Shown piece after piece: positions 1 to 10,491 of a stretch of DNA of 42,802 nt (positions are counted from its first letter, which is position 1; each line of letters begins with the position of its first letter). Location: NCBI GenBank assembly GCA_043751475.1, contig JAYUZV010000039.1, positions 1 through 42,802 on the forward strand, in the 5' to 3' direction. Under the pieces are notes generated by a model. That model made no database searches and was not told the DNA's origin. It saw nothing but the letters and a program-made list of their open reading frames with translations. The stretch comes from Chlamydiia bacterium. GTDB lineage: Bacteria > Chlamydiota > Chlamydiia > Chlamydiales > JAYUZV01. Both the position numbers and the translations under genes were made by a program.

Positions 1-154
1 CAACACTATCCACTCTTTTTTTCTTGAACGGAAAAGATAGTAAAAATTAGAGTAGAGCAACTAAAGGCTTCTGCCACCACCCATGCTTAGGCTTGAGAGG
101 TGACCAGAAAAACCCTTGATAAGAAAAAAAACAAACTGACCCGAACCTAGGACA

Positions 155-1417
155 ATGACTATGAACCTAAACAAAATGTGGACAGCAACGGCTCTTGCCT
201 TGCTAACCGTTACAAATTTTGCTAACGCAGCAGATACTAAAGATGTACAGATGGATCCTCCATTGATCATCAGCCAAGCAAAAGACGGAGGCGCATTCTC
301 TGTTGCCGCCGACCTTCTTTATTGGAAAGCTATTGAAGATGGCACAGAATATGTCACCAACACACCTACTACAACAACCGGTGATGCATCCGGTGCTACA
401 GCAGAGATCAAATCGGCAGAAGGTAAATTCAAGCCGGGCGTCCGTCTTGGCGTGCGCTACCTTTCACAACACGATGCATTTGACTTCCGTTTTGACTGGA
501 CTCACCATAAATCAACTAGCTCCAAAACTGATACCGCAACTTTTGGCACAAACCGCCTAGACAGCATGTTGACAGCGCCTGACCTTGCACGTCAACTACC
601 AATGACAAATGCAACTGAAAACCAAGACATAGCCGGTCCACTCATATTTGCCCAGTACGACACATTAAGCGCTAAAGGAGAGTACGTATTAAAGTCTGAC
701 TGGCTCGACCTCAGCATGGGTCGTGTTATGAACCCATTTGGTACAAAGTGGCTATCTGTTCGTCCGCATACTGGTTTTCGTTATGTAAATATGAAGCGCG
801 ACCTAAATGTTACCATCAACCATGATAACGTCAGTAAAACAGCAAACGTGCCTGCTGGTCCTGGCCCTTACACATCAATGAACATGGGATCACTGCCAGC
901 TATTGATAATATCACTCTTAAAAACAACCTAAATGGTTTTGGTGTACGTAGCGGTATTGATACAGAGTGGGGCCTAGCAAAAAATTGGAACATCTACGCT
1001 TCCTTTGCTGCTTCTCTACTTTGGGGCAAACATAATGTAAACTTTATTGAAAGCTCAAAGAGAATTCAACTTACCGGCGGCCAACTCCAACCACCACCAG
1101 AACCAATTCCTGTAGAAACTACCGGGTCATTCATTGTAGGAACAGCAACAGGGTCTGATGCAGAGGGCAATTACTACAGAAATAATCACCAGAGCATGTC
1201 ATCTGTTAAAGGTATGACAGATATGGCACTCGGCCTAATGTGGGAAGATTGCTTCGACGGCAACTGGGGTCTTACAGTAACTGCTGGATGGGAACACCAT
1301 ATGATCTATGGTTTCAACCAATCGTTCCACCTTGCAACTGATACAAATACCATCATCCGTCACCATGGCAACTTATTCATGGGCGGTTTTGTACTTGGAC
1401 TAAAACTCGATTTCTAA
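155..1417 (+). CDS. MOMP-like (Lpg1974/Simkania-type) outer-membrane beta-barrel porin
   Basis: 420-aa ORF with signal peptide (...FANA/AD), ADLLYWKA motif typical of this family, amphipathic beta strands, C-terminal Phe (LGLKLDF), and its own terminator. Confidence 0.8.
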   Translation: MTMNLNKMWTATALALLTVTNFANAADTKDVQMDPPLIISQAKDGGAFSVAADLLYWKAIEDGTEYVTNTPTTTTGDASGATAEIKSAEGKFKPGVRLGVRYLSQHDAFDFRFDWTHHKSTSSKTDTATFGTNRLDSMLTAPDLARQLPMTNATENQDIAGPLIFAQYDTLSAKGEYVLKSDWLDLSMGRVMNPFGTKWLSVRPHTGFRYVNMKRDLNVTINHDNVSKTANVPAGPGPYTSMNMGSLPAIDNITLKNNLNGFGVRSGIDTEWGLAKNWNIYASFAASLLWGKHNVNFIESSKRIQLTGGQLQPPPEPIPVETTGSFIVGTATGSDAEGNYYRNNHQSMSSVKGMTDMALGLMWEDCFDGNWGLTVTAGWEHHMIYGFNQSFHLATDTNTIIRHHGNLFMGGFVLGLKLDF

Positions 1418-1441
1418 GAGTTAACAAACTAGTATAAGTTG

Positions 1442-1475
1442 TAAACCCCACTCTTTAGAGTGGGGTTTATTTTTT
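1442..1475 (+). terminator. Rho-independent terminator of the MOMP-like gene
   Basis: Perfect 12-bp stem TAAACCCCACTC / GAGTGGGGTTTA, 4-nt loop, followed by a T run, 25 nt after the stop. Confidence 0.9.
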
Positions 1476-1481
1476 ACTTGA

Positions 1482-1720
1482 GAAGATAAAGAAAAGAAAA
1501 AGAAATTGGCAGGATAGAGGATGGCCAGGATCAGGCCAGGATAAGGCTAGGATAAGGCTAGGATAAGGCTAAGATAAGGAAAGAAAAAGAATAATTGTTA
1601 AAAAAATAAACAAAAACTCTTTTTCTTTATCCTTTCTTTCTTATCCTGACTATCCTGTTATCCGTGCCAACCTTTCTTTATCTTCCTTATCCCTGCTTTC
1701 TTATCCTGATATCTTGCGAC
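1482..1720. repeat. Palindromic intergenic element, locus 1 of the TTGGCACGGATAACAGGAT family
   Basis: Exact reverse core TATCCTGTTATCCGTGCCAA at 1651-1670; degenerate forward core AAATTGGCAGGATAGAGGAT from 1503; outer arms GAAGATAAAGAAA (1482-1494) / TTTCTTTATCTTC (1673-1685). Confidence 0.8.
1523..1577 (+). repeat. Tandem repeat, 5 x 11 bp (GGCYAGGATAA)
   Basis: ggccaggatca ggccaggataa ggctaggataa ggctaggataa ggctaagataa read directly from the sequence. Confidence 0.95.
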
Positions 1721-2926
1721 CTAACGAAGGCGGGTGGTGATGGAGGTGAGGGCAGTGATGAAAAAGTCGATGTCGGCAAGGGTGTTGTAGGGAGCAAAGG
1801 AGGCGCGTACAGAGGCGTCAAGGCCAAATTTGCGCAGTGCCGGCTGAGCACAGAGATGGCCCGTGCGCACGGCAATGCCGCGCAAATCAAGAAGTGTTCC
1901 AACATCAAGAGGGTGGACCCCATCAATCACAAAATTGCAGATAGCCCCTTTTTCACGCGCAGACCCTAATAGGCGCAGGCCAGAAATAGCGAGCAGCTTT
2001 TCTGTTGCATAGCCTAGCAACTTCTGCTCGTGCGCTTCAATCGCATCAAGACCGAGTGATTCGATATAGTCGATAGCAGCGCCAAGGCCAATCACCTCGG
2101 CAATCATCGGTGTACCTGCTTCAAAGCGCATCGGCGGAGCTTGAAAACGGCTATCGCGTAAATGGACAGAGGTAATCATATCACCGCCCGTCTGGTAGGG
2201 TGGCATCTGCTCAAGAATTTCGCGCTTGCCATAAAGAATACCAACACCTGTAGGCCCAAAACATTTGTGACCCGAAAATAGAAAGAAATCAGCGTCTAGC
2301 TTCTGCACATCAATTTTTAGATGGGCGGCACTCTGCGCGCCATCAACAGCAAATTTAGCCCCCACTGCATGAGCAAGCAGAATCATCTGCTCTATCGGGT
2401 TTTTAGTTCCGGTGCTGTTGGCAATATGAGCAATAGAAACAAGTTTGACGCTACTATCAAGTAGCTCCTTGTAAATAGCTAAATCTAGCTCTCCCTTTTC
2501 ATCCATGGGAATAAAGCGCAGTTCAATTCCCTTTTCGTGCGCAATCTGCTGCCATGGAACTAGATTAGCGTGGTGCTCCATCTCGGATAAGATAATAGCA
2601 TCCCCTTTCTGCAAAAAATGGCGTCCAAAACTATGGGCAAGCAAGTTAAAGCCGTCGGTTGTCCCTTTTGTAAAGATGATCTCGTCCGAAAAGCGCGCAT
2701 TTAAGAAGGTGGCCACCTTTTCGCGCACAGCGCAATAGCGGCCTGTGGCATCTGCGGCCAGCTTATATACGGCGCGATGGACAGTGCCGTAGTGATTTGC
2801 ATAAAAATCGCTCATCGCATCAATCACGCAGCTAGGCTTATGAGCCGTTGCTGCACTATCTAAATAGATCAGCTTACCGTCCTTAAAAATAGGGAAATCA
2901 GCGCGTACCTCCTTAAGATCCCGCAT
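1721..2926 (-). CDS. sufS: Cysteine desulfurase SufS
   Basis: YLDSAAT, SGHKCFGPTG (PLP lysine), RTGHLCAQP catalytic Cys; last gene of sufBCDS. Confidence 0.95.
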   Translation of the reverse strand: MRDLKEVRADFPIFKDGKLIYLDSAATAHKPSCVIDAMSDFYANHYGTVHRAVYKLAADATGRYCAVREKVATFLNARFSDEIIFTKGTTDGFNLLAHSFGRHFLQKGDAIILSEMEHHANLVPWQQIAHEKGIELRFIPMDEKGELDLAIYKELLDSSVKLVSIAHIANSTGTKNPIEQMILLAHAVGAKFAVDGAQSAAHLKIDVQKLDADFFLFSGHKCFGPTGVGILYGKREILEQMPPYQTGGDMITSVHLRDSRFQAPPMRFEAGTPMIAEVIGLGAAIDYIESLGLDAIEAHEQKLLGYATEKLLAISGLRLLGSAREKGAICNFVIDGVHPLDVGTLLDLRGIAVRTGHLCAQPALRKFGLDASVRASFAPYNTLADIDFFITALTSITTRLR

Positions 2927-4037
2927 ATCCCTCCACGTAGCTCAGCAAATAGGTGCGCCACTTCTCCTCGGGAATTTGAAAAAGCAGCTCCTGACAAAAA
3001 CTCTTTAAAAGAAGTCCCTTCGCAGCCTCTTTATCAATTCCGCGCGACTGCAAATAGAAAAGACTCTCCGCCTCAAGTAGCTGTACGGTAGCTCCGTGTG
3101 AGGCCTTTACATCGTCCGCAAAAATCTCGAGGTTCGGCTTACTATTTGCAATAACACTATCGTTTAAAAGCAGGTTGTTGTTGCGCTGATAGGCCTCTGT
3201 CTTTTGCGCAAGGCGGTCTACAAAAATTTTTCCCTCAAAACTGGTGCGCGAGCTCTCTTTTAAAACGTTTTTAAAGAGCTGGGTCGAGCGGGTCTCGGGC
3301 GCTAAATGGCGCATCGTGACGTGCGTATGGTGGTGGCGCGACTGCCCTACCATAGCCACACCTTGTAAAATCGCTTCGGCATGCTTTCCTTGCAGCTCAA
3401 CCTCAAAGCGGTTGCGCACCGCCTTCCCACCAAAACTTGTGGTCAGGCTCGTAAAAAAACTTCTCTCCGCTAGCTGCGCGCGCATTGATCCTAGTAGCCA
3501 GCTACTATTCCCAGGTTCGCAGTGTTGTAAATGGGTCACTCTAGCCCCTTCGCCAAGCGAAATATCGCAACTGATCTGCTGGCAGGCTCCATCCACTGAT
3601 AGCGCGTGGCAAACAAGTGAAACCTCAGCCCCTTTCCCGACAAAAACATGGAGGGCATCATAACTTTTACCTCCGCTAGAGAGGTGAAGCAAGCGCAGCG
3701 GCCTCTTGACCTTCGTGCCTGGCGCAATATAAAGCACAAGAGGCTCCTTGGCCTGATTGCGCACCTCGCTGGCAAAGAGATCGCTCTCGCTGCTTTTTAG
3801 CTGGCTAAGACGCTCCTGCAAAAAAGTTCCATAAATTTTCAGCGCCCTTGAAAGCGGCAGAGCCGTCACACCTTGTGGCAGATCACCTATTAAAATCTCT
3901 TGCTCGCCAAATGTAATTAGATTTTCCGAAGAAAAAAGAGGATGATCTTTTGCACAGACAGCCACCACTTTTTTTTCTGAAAAAGTAAAACTATCAAAGG
4001 CTGTTTTGGGGAAGTATTGCAGAGACTCTTGGCTCAA
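2913..4037 (-). CDS. sufD: Fe-S cluster assembly protein SufD
   Basis: [20 protein letters not shown] and LFYLQSRGI motifs; lies between sufC and sufS. Confidence 0.92.
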   Translation of the reverse strand: MSQESLQYFPKTAFDSFTFSEKKVVAVCAKDHPLFSSENLITFGEQEILIGDLPQGVTALPLSRALKIYGTFLQERLSQLKSSESDLFASEVRNQAKEPLVLYIAPGTKVKRPLRLLHLSSGGKSYDALHVFVGKGAEVSLVCHALSVDGACQQISCDISLGEGARVTHLQHCEPGNSSWLLGSMRAQLAERSFFTSLTTSFGGKAVRNRFEVELQGKHAEAILQGVAMVGQSRHHHTHVTMRHLAPETRSTQLFKNVLKESSRTSFEGKIFVDRLAQKTEAYQRNNNLLLNDSVIANSKPNLEIFADDVKASHGATVQLLEAESLFYLQSRGIDKEAAKGLLLKSFCQELLFQIPEEKWRTYLLSYVEGYAGS

Positions 4038-4798
4038 GTTTGCACCTCGCCAAATTCGGCGTAACCACTGGCTTCAAGGGCAAGCGAGAGTTCAGATCCG
4101 CCCGATTTCACAATTCTACCATCCACCATGACATGGACAAAATCGGGCTTAATAAGCTCCAAAAGACGCTGGTAGTGGGTAATAAGCAGCAGCGCATTTT
4201 CGCTTGTGCGCAGGGCTGAAATACCGCGCGCAACAACGCGCATTGCATCGATATCAAGGCCAGAATCTGTCTCGTCCAAAATTGCAAGTTTAGGGTCAAA
4301 AAGCGCCATCTGTAAAATCTCGTTGCGCTTCTTTTCACCACCAGAAAAACCTTCATTTAAACCGCGCTCTTTAAAATCATTTTTCATCTCAAGCAGTTTA
4401 CTCTTCTCATCTAGTAGCGCTGAAAATTCTTCTGGTGTCAGATCTTTTTTGCCAGCTCCCTTCATACGTGCATTGCACGCAGCGTGTAAAAATTGTGCGT
4501 TTGTAATACCAGGAATTTCAAGCGGATATTGGAATCCCATAAAAATACCGGCAAGAGCGCGTTCTTCTGGCTCCATCTCCAAAATACTGACTCCATTAAA
4601 GCGAATATCACCACCTGTTACGATATAGTCGGGATGGCCTGCAATAATTTTTGATAGGGTCGATTTTCCAGCCCCATTCGGACCCATAATGGCATGAATT
4701 GAACCCTTAGCAATTTTAAGTGATAATCCCCTCAAAATAGGGGTCTGATTAGCACCACTTACAACCGCTGCATATAAATTTTCGATCTCTAATAACAT
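4034..4798 (-). CDS. sufC: Fe-S cluster assembly ATPase SufC
   Basis: Walker [45 protein letters not shown] at 4798 preferred; the track ORF extends to 4813. Confidence 0.96.
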   Translation of the reverse strand: MLLEIENLYAAVVSGANQTPILRGLSLKIAKGSIHAIMGPNGAGKSTLSKIIAGHPDYIVTGGDIRFNGVSILEMEPEERALAGIFMGFQYPLEIPGITNAQFLHAACNARMKGAGKKDLTPEEFSALLDEKSKLLEMKNDFKERGLNEGFSGGEKKRNEILQMALFDPKLAILDETDSGLDIDAMRVVARGISALRTSENALLLITHYQRLLELIKPDFVHVMVDGRIVKSGGSELSLALEASGYAEFGEVQT

Positions 4799-4805
4799 AT
4801 AAAAT

Positions 4806-6230
4806 TTACCCAACAGAATTTTCTAATTTTAACGATAAGAGTTTGCGCGCTTCAACAGCAAATTCAGCCGGCAACTCCTGAAAAACCTCTTTGCAAAAAC
4901 CGCTGACAACAAGATTGATCGCATCCTCGCGCGCAATGCCGCGCGACTGCAAATAGAAGAGCTGCTCCTCACTCATTTTTGATGTCGACGCCTCGTGTTC
5001 GACACAGCTCGAGCCATTTGCCACCTCAATATAGGGAAAGGTATTGGCACTGCACATATCTCCAACCAGCATCGAATCGCACTGCGTGTAGTTGCGCGCT
5101 CCTTTTGCTTTTGGTGCAATTTTTACAAGGCCACGGTAGGTGTTATGGGACTCATCGGCCGAAATGCCCTTCGAGATAATTGTCGAGCGGCTTCCCTCGC
5201 CAATATGGATCATTTTGGTACCCGTATCGGCCTGCATTTTTCCATTTGTTAGGGCAACAGAATAGAACTCGCCGATAGACTCTTTCCCCTGCAAAATACA
5301 CGATGGATATTTCCAGGTAATAGCAGCACCAGCCTCCACTTGAGTCCAGGTAATTTTTGATTTGTAACCAGCGCATCTACCACGTTTTGTCACAAAGTTA
5401 AAAATGCCACCCTTACCTGTTTTAGGATCACCTGCATACCAATTTTGGACTGTCGAATATTTAATTTCAGCCCTCTCTTTGGCAACAAGCTCTACAACTG
5501 CTGCATGCAGCTGATTATTGTCATATGCCGGAGCGGTACACCCCTCCAAATAGCTCACAGAGGATCCCTCTTCAGCGATAATCAGCGTCCTCTCAAATTG
5601 ACCCGACTCTTTGTCGTTAATTCTGAAATAAGTGGAGAGCTCCATAGGCGATTTAACACCTTTTGGCAAATAGACAAAAGAGCCGTCAGAAAAAACCGCC
5701 GAATTAAGCGCAGCAAAGTAATTATCGCCAATTGGCACAACAGACCCTAAATACTCCTCGAGCAGCGCCGGATACTTTTCAACAGCTTCTGTCATGGAAC
5801 AGAGCACAACACCCGCTTCATGCAACTTTTTACGGAAGGTTGTGCCTAGTGAAACCGAATCAAAGACAACATCGACAGCTACATTTGCCAGCTGCTTCTG
5901 CTCGTCTAGTGGGATGCCAAGCTTCTCAAAGGTGCGCAGCAGTTCCGGATCAACCTCTGATAGTGAACCGAGCTTTTTTTTTGTTTTAGGCACAGAGTAG
6001 TAGCGGATCTTGTCGTAATCAATAGCGCTGTAGTGAATATTCGCCCAAGCAGGCTCTTTCATCTCACGCCATTTTTTGTACGCTGCAAGGCGAAAATTGC
6101 GCAGAAACTCGGGCTCATTTTTTTTTGCGGAAATCAGACGTACGACATCCTCGGAAATCCCGCGTGGGAACTCCTCAGTTTCAATGGGTGTTGAAAAGCC
6201 ATACTTATAGCTCTCTTGCGAAAATTCCAT
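4806..6230 (-). CDS. sufB: Fe-S cluster assembly protein SufB
   Basis: [37 protein letters not shown] and EHEASTS motifs. Confidence 0.97.
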   Translation of the reverse strand: MEFSQESYKYGFSTPIETEEFPRGISEDVVRLISAKKNEPEFLRNFRLAAYKKWREMKEPAWANIHYSAIDYDKIRYYSVPKTKKKLGSLSEVDPELLRTFEKLGIPLDEQKQLANVAVDVVFDSVSLGTTFRKKLHEAGVVLCSMTEAVEKYPALLEEYLGSVVPIGDNYFAALNSAVFSDGSFVYLPKGVKSPMELSTYFRINDKESGQFERTLIIAEEGSSVSYLEGCTAPAYDNNQLHAAVVELVAKERAEIKYSTVQNWYAGDPKTGKGGIFNFVTKRGRCAGYKSKITWTQVEAGAAITWKYPSCILQGKESIGEFYSVALTNGKMQADTGTKMIHIGEGSRSTIISKGISADESHNTYRGLVKIAPKAKGARNYTQCDSMLVGDMCSANTFPYIEVANGSSCVEHEASTSKMSEEQLFYLQSRGIAREDAINLVVSGFCKEVFQELPAEFAVEARKLLSLKLENSVG

Positions 6231-6249
6231 AACTCTCTATTTTTCACTG

Positions 6250-6993
6250 CTATTTTGTTGATAGGGCGGCGAGATACTTTTCTGCCTCATCTAAATGTTC
6301 TGGTAGATCAATTCCCACGCTCTGCTGCTGCGTTTCATGAACGCCTATTTTTAGCCCCGACTCTAAGTAGCGCAGCTGCTCGAGCTGCTCTGCCATTTCA
6401 AGGCCCGATGGGGGCAAATGGGCCATCTGATGAAGAGCCTCGCGCGTATAAGCGTAGAGGCCGATGTGCTTGTAGTAGAGCTTCTTCTCATTGGGATGGT
6501 TATCGCGGTAGTGCGGGATTTGCGCGCGCGAGAAATAGAGGGCCAGCCCCCTTTGATCTGTAACCACTTTCACCAAATGTGGACTAGAGCTTTCACTTGC
6601 TGTAATTCTCTTTTTTAGCGTCCAAATAGAGGCACTACTAACTTGAAGCAGATCTGCAATCATCTCGCGGCAAATAAAGGGCTCATCACCCTGCCAATTA
6701 ACAAATATATCGCCATCAAGGGCGCCACTTGTCACAAGCTCAATGATGCGCTCTGTCCCGGATAGACAATCGGGTGATGTCATCATCGCCTCTGCCCCAA
6801 AAAGAGCAACGACAGCCGCAGTTTCACAGCTATCAACCGCCACCACAACGCGATCAAAAAAACCGGTGGCAATAGCCGCTTCAAAGGCCCACTGAATCAG
6901 AGGCTTTCCACCGAGGAGAGCCAAAATTTTTCTTGGAAAGCGGGTGGATGCAAGCCGAGCCGGTATTACACAGATTATTCTACTCTTTTTCAT
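6250..6993 (-). CDS. kdsB: 3-deoxy-manno-octulosonate cytidylyltransferase (CMP-Kdo synthetase)
   Basis: IPARLASTRFPRK, SGTER, VNWQGDEP, ALYFSR, HIGLYAY and EQLEQLR motifs. Confidence 0.95.
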   Translation of the reverse strand: MKKSRIICVIPARLASTRFPRKILALLGGKPLIQWAFEAAIATGFFDRVVVAVDSCETAAVVALFGAEAMMTSPDCLSGTERIIELVTSGALDGDIFVNWQGDEPFICREMIADLLQVSSASIWTLKKRITASESSSPHLVKVVTDQRGLALYFSRAQIPHYRDNHPNEKKLYYKHIGLYAYTREALHQMAHLPPSGLEMAEQLEQLRYLESGLKIGVHETQQQSVGIDLPEHLDEAEKYLAALSTK

Positions 6994-7003
6994 GAGTACT
7001 ATA

Positions 7004-10000
7004 TTAACCGCTAGAACCTTTTAATTCATGCTTTGCTTTAATTTCGCGCCATTTTTTGACAATCTGAGCGGCAAGAGGGGCGGCTTCTTTACCCGCTTTA
7101 CCAAAGCGCAGATAGACAACCACAACAATTTCTGGCTCCACGCTATCAAAATGACCCGCTTTTACCGGTTTTTTTGTCGAAAACCCACCAAACCAGACGT
7201 GCTTTTCCATGGAAGCTGGCGTCTCTCCATCCAGAGTCTTTTTATACAAAATTTCGGCCGTTCCAGTCTTGCCAATAAGCTCCTGCTGAATTTCAATATA
7301 ATCTTTTACAAAACCGCGACTCTCAGGCGCTGCAAGGCTCAGCAGCGATGCGCGTGCGGTTCCTTTAGCGCCATTAACAGCCTTCCACATCCCCTCAAAA
7401 AGAGCGGCTTTTACCTCACGCGGCATCGGCAATTTGCGCGCCACCTCTTTGCCACTTGGAACGCCCGACTTTTGAAGCGGCATGAGACTCTGCGTAAAAA
7501 GGGGAAAATCCACACCTAAACCTAGCAGCTCTTCTTTAAATGGGTAGTCACTCATCTGAAAAAGAGCACTCTGCTGGCGCAAAAGCGAGGAGCCGCGCAC
7601 TTCCTTCACAATGCGCGGAGTGAGCACCTCACCGCCTGTTGCAAGCGAGTTAATCATCACAGCCGACTGAAGCGGCGTTACAACCAGCGAGTGCTGCCCA
7701 ATAGCAAATGCGTAAAGACCGGTCTTATTATAGGCCAAATCCGACGGAATGGTTCCACCAATCTCTCCGGGAAGTGCAATACCTGTGGGTCTGCCGTAAC
7801 TAAATTTGCGACTTGCCTCGCACAAACTCTCGGGACTTGAAAGGAAATCGCCCGCGAGCAGTGAAAAGTAGATGTTACTAGATGATTCAATCGCTCCGGC
7901 AATATCAATTTTGCCAATACCAGAGTGTGAACCACGTGGCAAAATCCCCCCTTTATGCAGACGGTAGATATTCTCACCGCTGCTCATCTGTCCAAGCACC
8001 TGCCGCGTCTTTGTAGATGTGGTAAATGACTCGTCAGTAATAGTCAGCGGATTGACAGCTCCGTAAGGACCTGCAAGATACTTTTCCATCATCGCCTGGT
8101 AGGCCACAACCAGCTTAAAAAGCGATCCCGAGGGGGTCGATTGGCGAAAGGCTTGCGACCTTCCAAACCCGTAGCCATGTAGCGGATAGAACGCAGCAGC
8201 CAGATCCTTTTGCACGGAAAGCTCTCCAACTCTGCGCACATTGTGATAGGTGGCGCGCAACGGCAGCGTTAACTGTTTAAAGGGGCGCATAGAACCGATA
8301 TACTCCGCCATTTCGGCCCCACCCAGCTGCCTTCCAAGGGCTGTTAACGCATCAAACCCTTTAACGCCCTTAAAGCTCTGGCGGGCCCTAATTAACTCTG
8401 CGTAATAGGGCAAATAGGCTGAATCTAAATGGTCACTATTTCCTAAAATAAAGGCTTGCAAAAGAGACTCTCCAGCATCTGCCCAAAATGCGGCAAACTG
8501 CTCGCCCTCGAGCTGCTCCAAGTAGTCAATATAGGGCTTATGGTAGCGCCGCTGCTGCATCTCCTCTTTACGCTTTTCTTTTAAAAAACTTTTAAAATGG
8601 GCGGCGCGCCAATCGGCAAAATCGCGCTCCTTAAATAAATGACGGGTCAGCTCTTTTACACACTTTGTCATCTGAACGCGGCACTGGGTCTGCTCGCGAT
8701 AAGAGCTCAGCGTGACACTGCCGATTTTCTCCAAAATATCCGCCGAAAACCGGGTACCATTTAACGCCAAATCACACAGATCGACCATCAAAAACCGATC
8801 TCTTGGATGCGCGATTAATTCTTGGAGCTTCTCATCGCCATTTCTTACAACATCGCTAGCATTTTTAACTGTCTTAACTTTTGAAATAGCCTGATAAATA
8901 GCCGATTTTTTGGAGAGAATTTCAGAGAGATAATAGTCCCAAGAGAGTGGTTGCGAAAGATCTTCAAACTGCCCGCTTTTTCTATTAAAGGTCTCTTTGA
9001 CAAGCTGCTGCGAACCGTCCCAAACCCCTTCGAGATAGTGCTCATTTTCAAGCCACTGGGCCACCTTTTCGCGCTTACCTGCTGCACTCAGAAAATCGCT
9101 TGGATTAAAGCGTGGATGGGACGCAAGACAGAGTACTTCTCCGCTCTCGGGCAACATAGCAACAATTGCACCGCCACAAATCCATGGAGCAGAGCCGCCT
9201 CCGCGATTTTTTTCGCTCTCAGCCAGTAGCTGCTCGGCATACTCCTGCAACTCCGCCGATATCGATAGCAGCAAGTCCTGCCCATCGACCTTTGCGCGCG
9301 CTCCGGGTAGTTCTTTTAGCAAATTCCCGTCGGGGTCGACCTCATAATTTTTTTTGCCCGAATAGCCATGTAAAAGCGAATCGAATTTCGCCTCGACACC
9401 GCTCTTTCCCACCATTTCAGAAATGGTGTAGGTCTTTTCTTTAATCTCCGCAAGTCTTGCGCTCACCTGCTGTGCCGAATCGTAGCCCACCGGCAAAAAG
9501 GGGAGGTTACCCTCCTCCCGCTGCCGGATATAGTGCGAAAGTTCACTCTTTTCATCTGCAATCCGCCGATATTCTCTGTCGCTAATCACTCCGAGATATC
9601 CGATCACATCTGCAGCAACTTTACCAAGTGGATAGACTCGCCTGGTCGATTTTTCCATCGATAGGCCGGGAAAATCGCGCTGCATAAGGCGCAGTTTGTA
9701 GTAAAGTTTTTCGTCGATATCGCGCTTAATCACGTAAGGTGTGTGGGGAAAAATTGCCGCCCGACCGTGAATCTGATCCTCAATAGACCTAGCATCCATG
9801 TTTAGATGTTCAGAGAGCATCGCCGAAAGAGCGGCAATATAGTCCGATCTTGGGTAGGCGCGCTCTTTTTTACCGTTTACCCCTTCCCTCCACCCTAAGC
9901 GATCGATCTGTTTAATGGGGGCGTAATAAATAGCTGCATTATATTGAATTTTACTGCCGGCAAGAGTAATGCCAAACCGATCGTAAATCGAGCCACGCAA

Positions 10001-10168
10001 AGGGGCCTCAATCAGCGTGCGCGCGCCGGGTTTGCTGGCAAAGGCGCGCCACTTCTCGCTCTCCGGCCCAGCAAGCATCAAGCAGCGCAGCCCGAGGAGG
10101 GCAAAAAAAAGGAGCAGCAAACGAAGAATCCGCCCTGTTTTGTAAGCAATAGGCTGCTTATCACTCAT
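7004..10168 (-). CDS. mrdA: Class B penicillin-binding protein 2, chlamydial long form
   Basis: N-terminal TM, RGSIYDR, RVYPLG, GKSGVE; transpeptidase motifs SLFK (SxxK), SSN and KTGT; large insertion typical of chlamydial PBP2. Confidence 0.9.
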   Translation of the reverse strand: MSDKQPIAYKTGRILRLLLLFFALLGLRCLMLAGPESEKWRAFASKPGARTLIEAPLRGSIYDRFGITLAGSKIQYNAAIYYAPIKQIDRLGWREGVNGKKERAYPRSDYIAALSAMLSEHLNMDARSIEDQIHGRAAIFPHTPYVIKRDIDEKLYYKLRLMQRDFPGLSMEKSTRRVYPLGKVAADVIGYLGVISDREYRRIADEKSELSHYIRQREEGNLPFLPVGYDSAQQVSARLAEIKEKTYTISEMVGKSGVEAKFDSLLHGYSGKKNYEVDPDGNLLKELPGARAKVDGQDLLLSISAELQEYAEQLLAESEKNRGGGSAPWICGGAIVAMLPESGEVLCLASHPRFNPSDFLSAAGKREKVAQWLENEHYLEGVWDGSQQLVKETFNRKSGQFEDLSQPLSWDYYLSEILSKKSAIYQAISKVKTVKNASDVVRNGDEKLQELIAHPRDRFLMVDLCDLALNGTRFSADILEKIGSVTLSSYREQTQCRVQMTKCVKELTRHLFKERDFADWRAAHFKSFLKEKRKEEMQQRRYHKPYIDYLEQLEGEQFAAFWADAGESLLQAFILGNSDHLDSAYLPYYAELIRARQSFKGVKGFDALTALGRQLGGAEMAEYIGSMRPFKQLTLPLRATYHNVRRVGELSVQKDLAAAFYPLHGYGFGRSQAFRQSTPSGSLFKLVVAYQAMMEKYLAGPYGAVNPLTITDESFTTSTKTRQVLGQMSSGENIYRLHKGGILPRGSHSGIGKIDIAGAIESSSNIYFSLLAGDFLSSPESLCEASRKFSYGRPTGIALPGEIGGTIPSDLAYNKTGLYAFAIGQHSLVVTPLQSAVMINSLATGGEVLTPRIVKEVRGSSLLRQQSALFQMSDYPFKEELLGLGVDFPLFTQSLMPLQKSGVPSGKEVARKLPMPREVKAALFEGMWKAVNGAKGTARASLLSLAAPESRGFVKDYIEIQQELIGKTGTAEILYKKTLDGETPASMEKHVWFGGFSTKKPVKAGHFDSVEPEIVVVVYLRFGKAGKEAAPLAAQIVKKWREIKAKHELKGSSG

Positions 10169-10252
10169 AAAAAACGACTATTTACTATAAAAATCTTACT
10201 TAAGACTAGGGCAAATCAGATATTTTTGAAACTCTATTTAAGAACAAATGGT

Positions 10253-10281
10253 TTGCCAAAAAATTTGCCAGCCATTACTCT
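10253..10281 (+). promoter_or_regulatory. Putative sigma66/sigma70 promoter for the tRNA-Gly-rpsB operon
   Basis: TTGCCA-17 bp-TACTCT ending 22 nt before tRNA-Gly. Confidence 0.55.
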
Positions 10282-10302
10282 GTTATCTTCGCGCTATTTA
10301 GT

Positions 10303-10373
10303 GCGGGCGTAGCATAATGGTAATGCTCTAGCCTTCCAAGCTAGCCACGTCAGTTCGATTCTGATCGCCCGCT
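10303..10373 (+). tRNA. tRNA-Gly(TCC), CCA not encoded
   Basis: Acceptor GCGGGCG/CGCCCGC, anticodon arm CTAGC-CTTCCAA-GCTAG, T loop GTTCGATT. Confidence 0.97.
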
Positions 10374-10491
10374 TATTTAAAGAACCGTGCACTGAAGTAA
10401 ATAAAAACCGACTAAAATCTCTTTTAAACACAATAAAAAAGAGATGCTCTTAAAAAGAGTCCCATTAGTCCAAAACAGGAAAACCAGTCTG

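Noticed and set aside
1500-1720. CRISPR array or replication origin suggested by repeated GGATAA/TTATCC
   Set aside because: Units are 10-11 bp and abut without unique spacers, and there are no cas genes. TTATCC is not followed by ACA, so these are not DnaA boxes. By eye the plus strand looks C-rich at both ends of the window, so I see no skew switch.
1664-1969. Short track ORFs overlapping real genes (e.g. 1664-1969, 3244-3663, 7028-7519, 9944-10312, 40127-40633, 42245-42682)
   Set aside because: They are antisense or alternate-frame shadows of well-supported genes, tRNA or repeat DNA, with no recognisable motifs.
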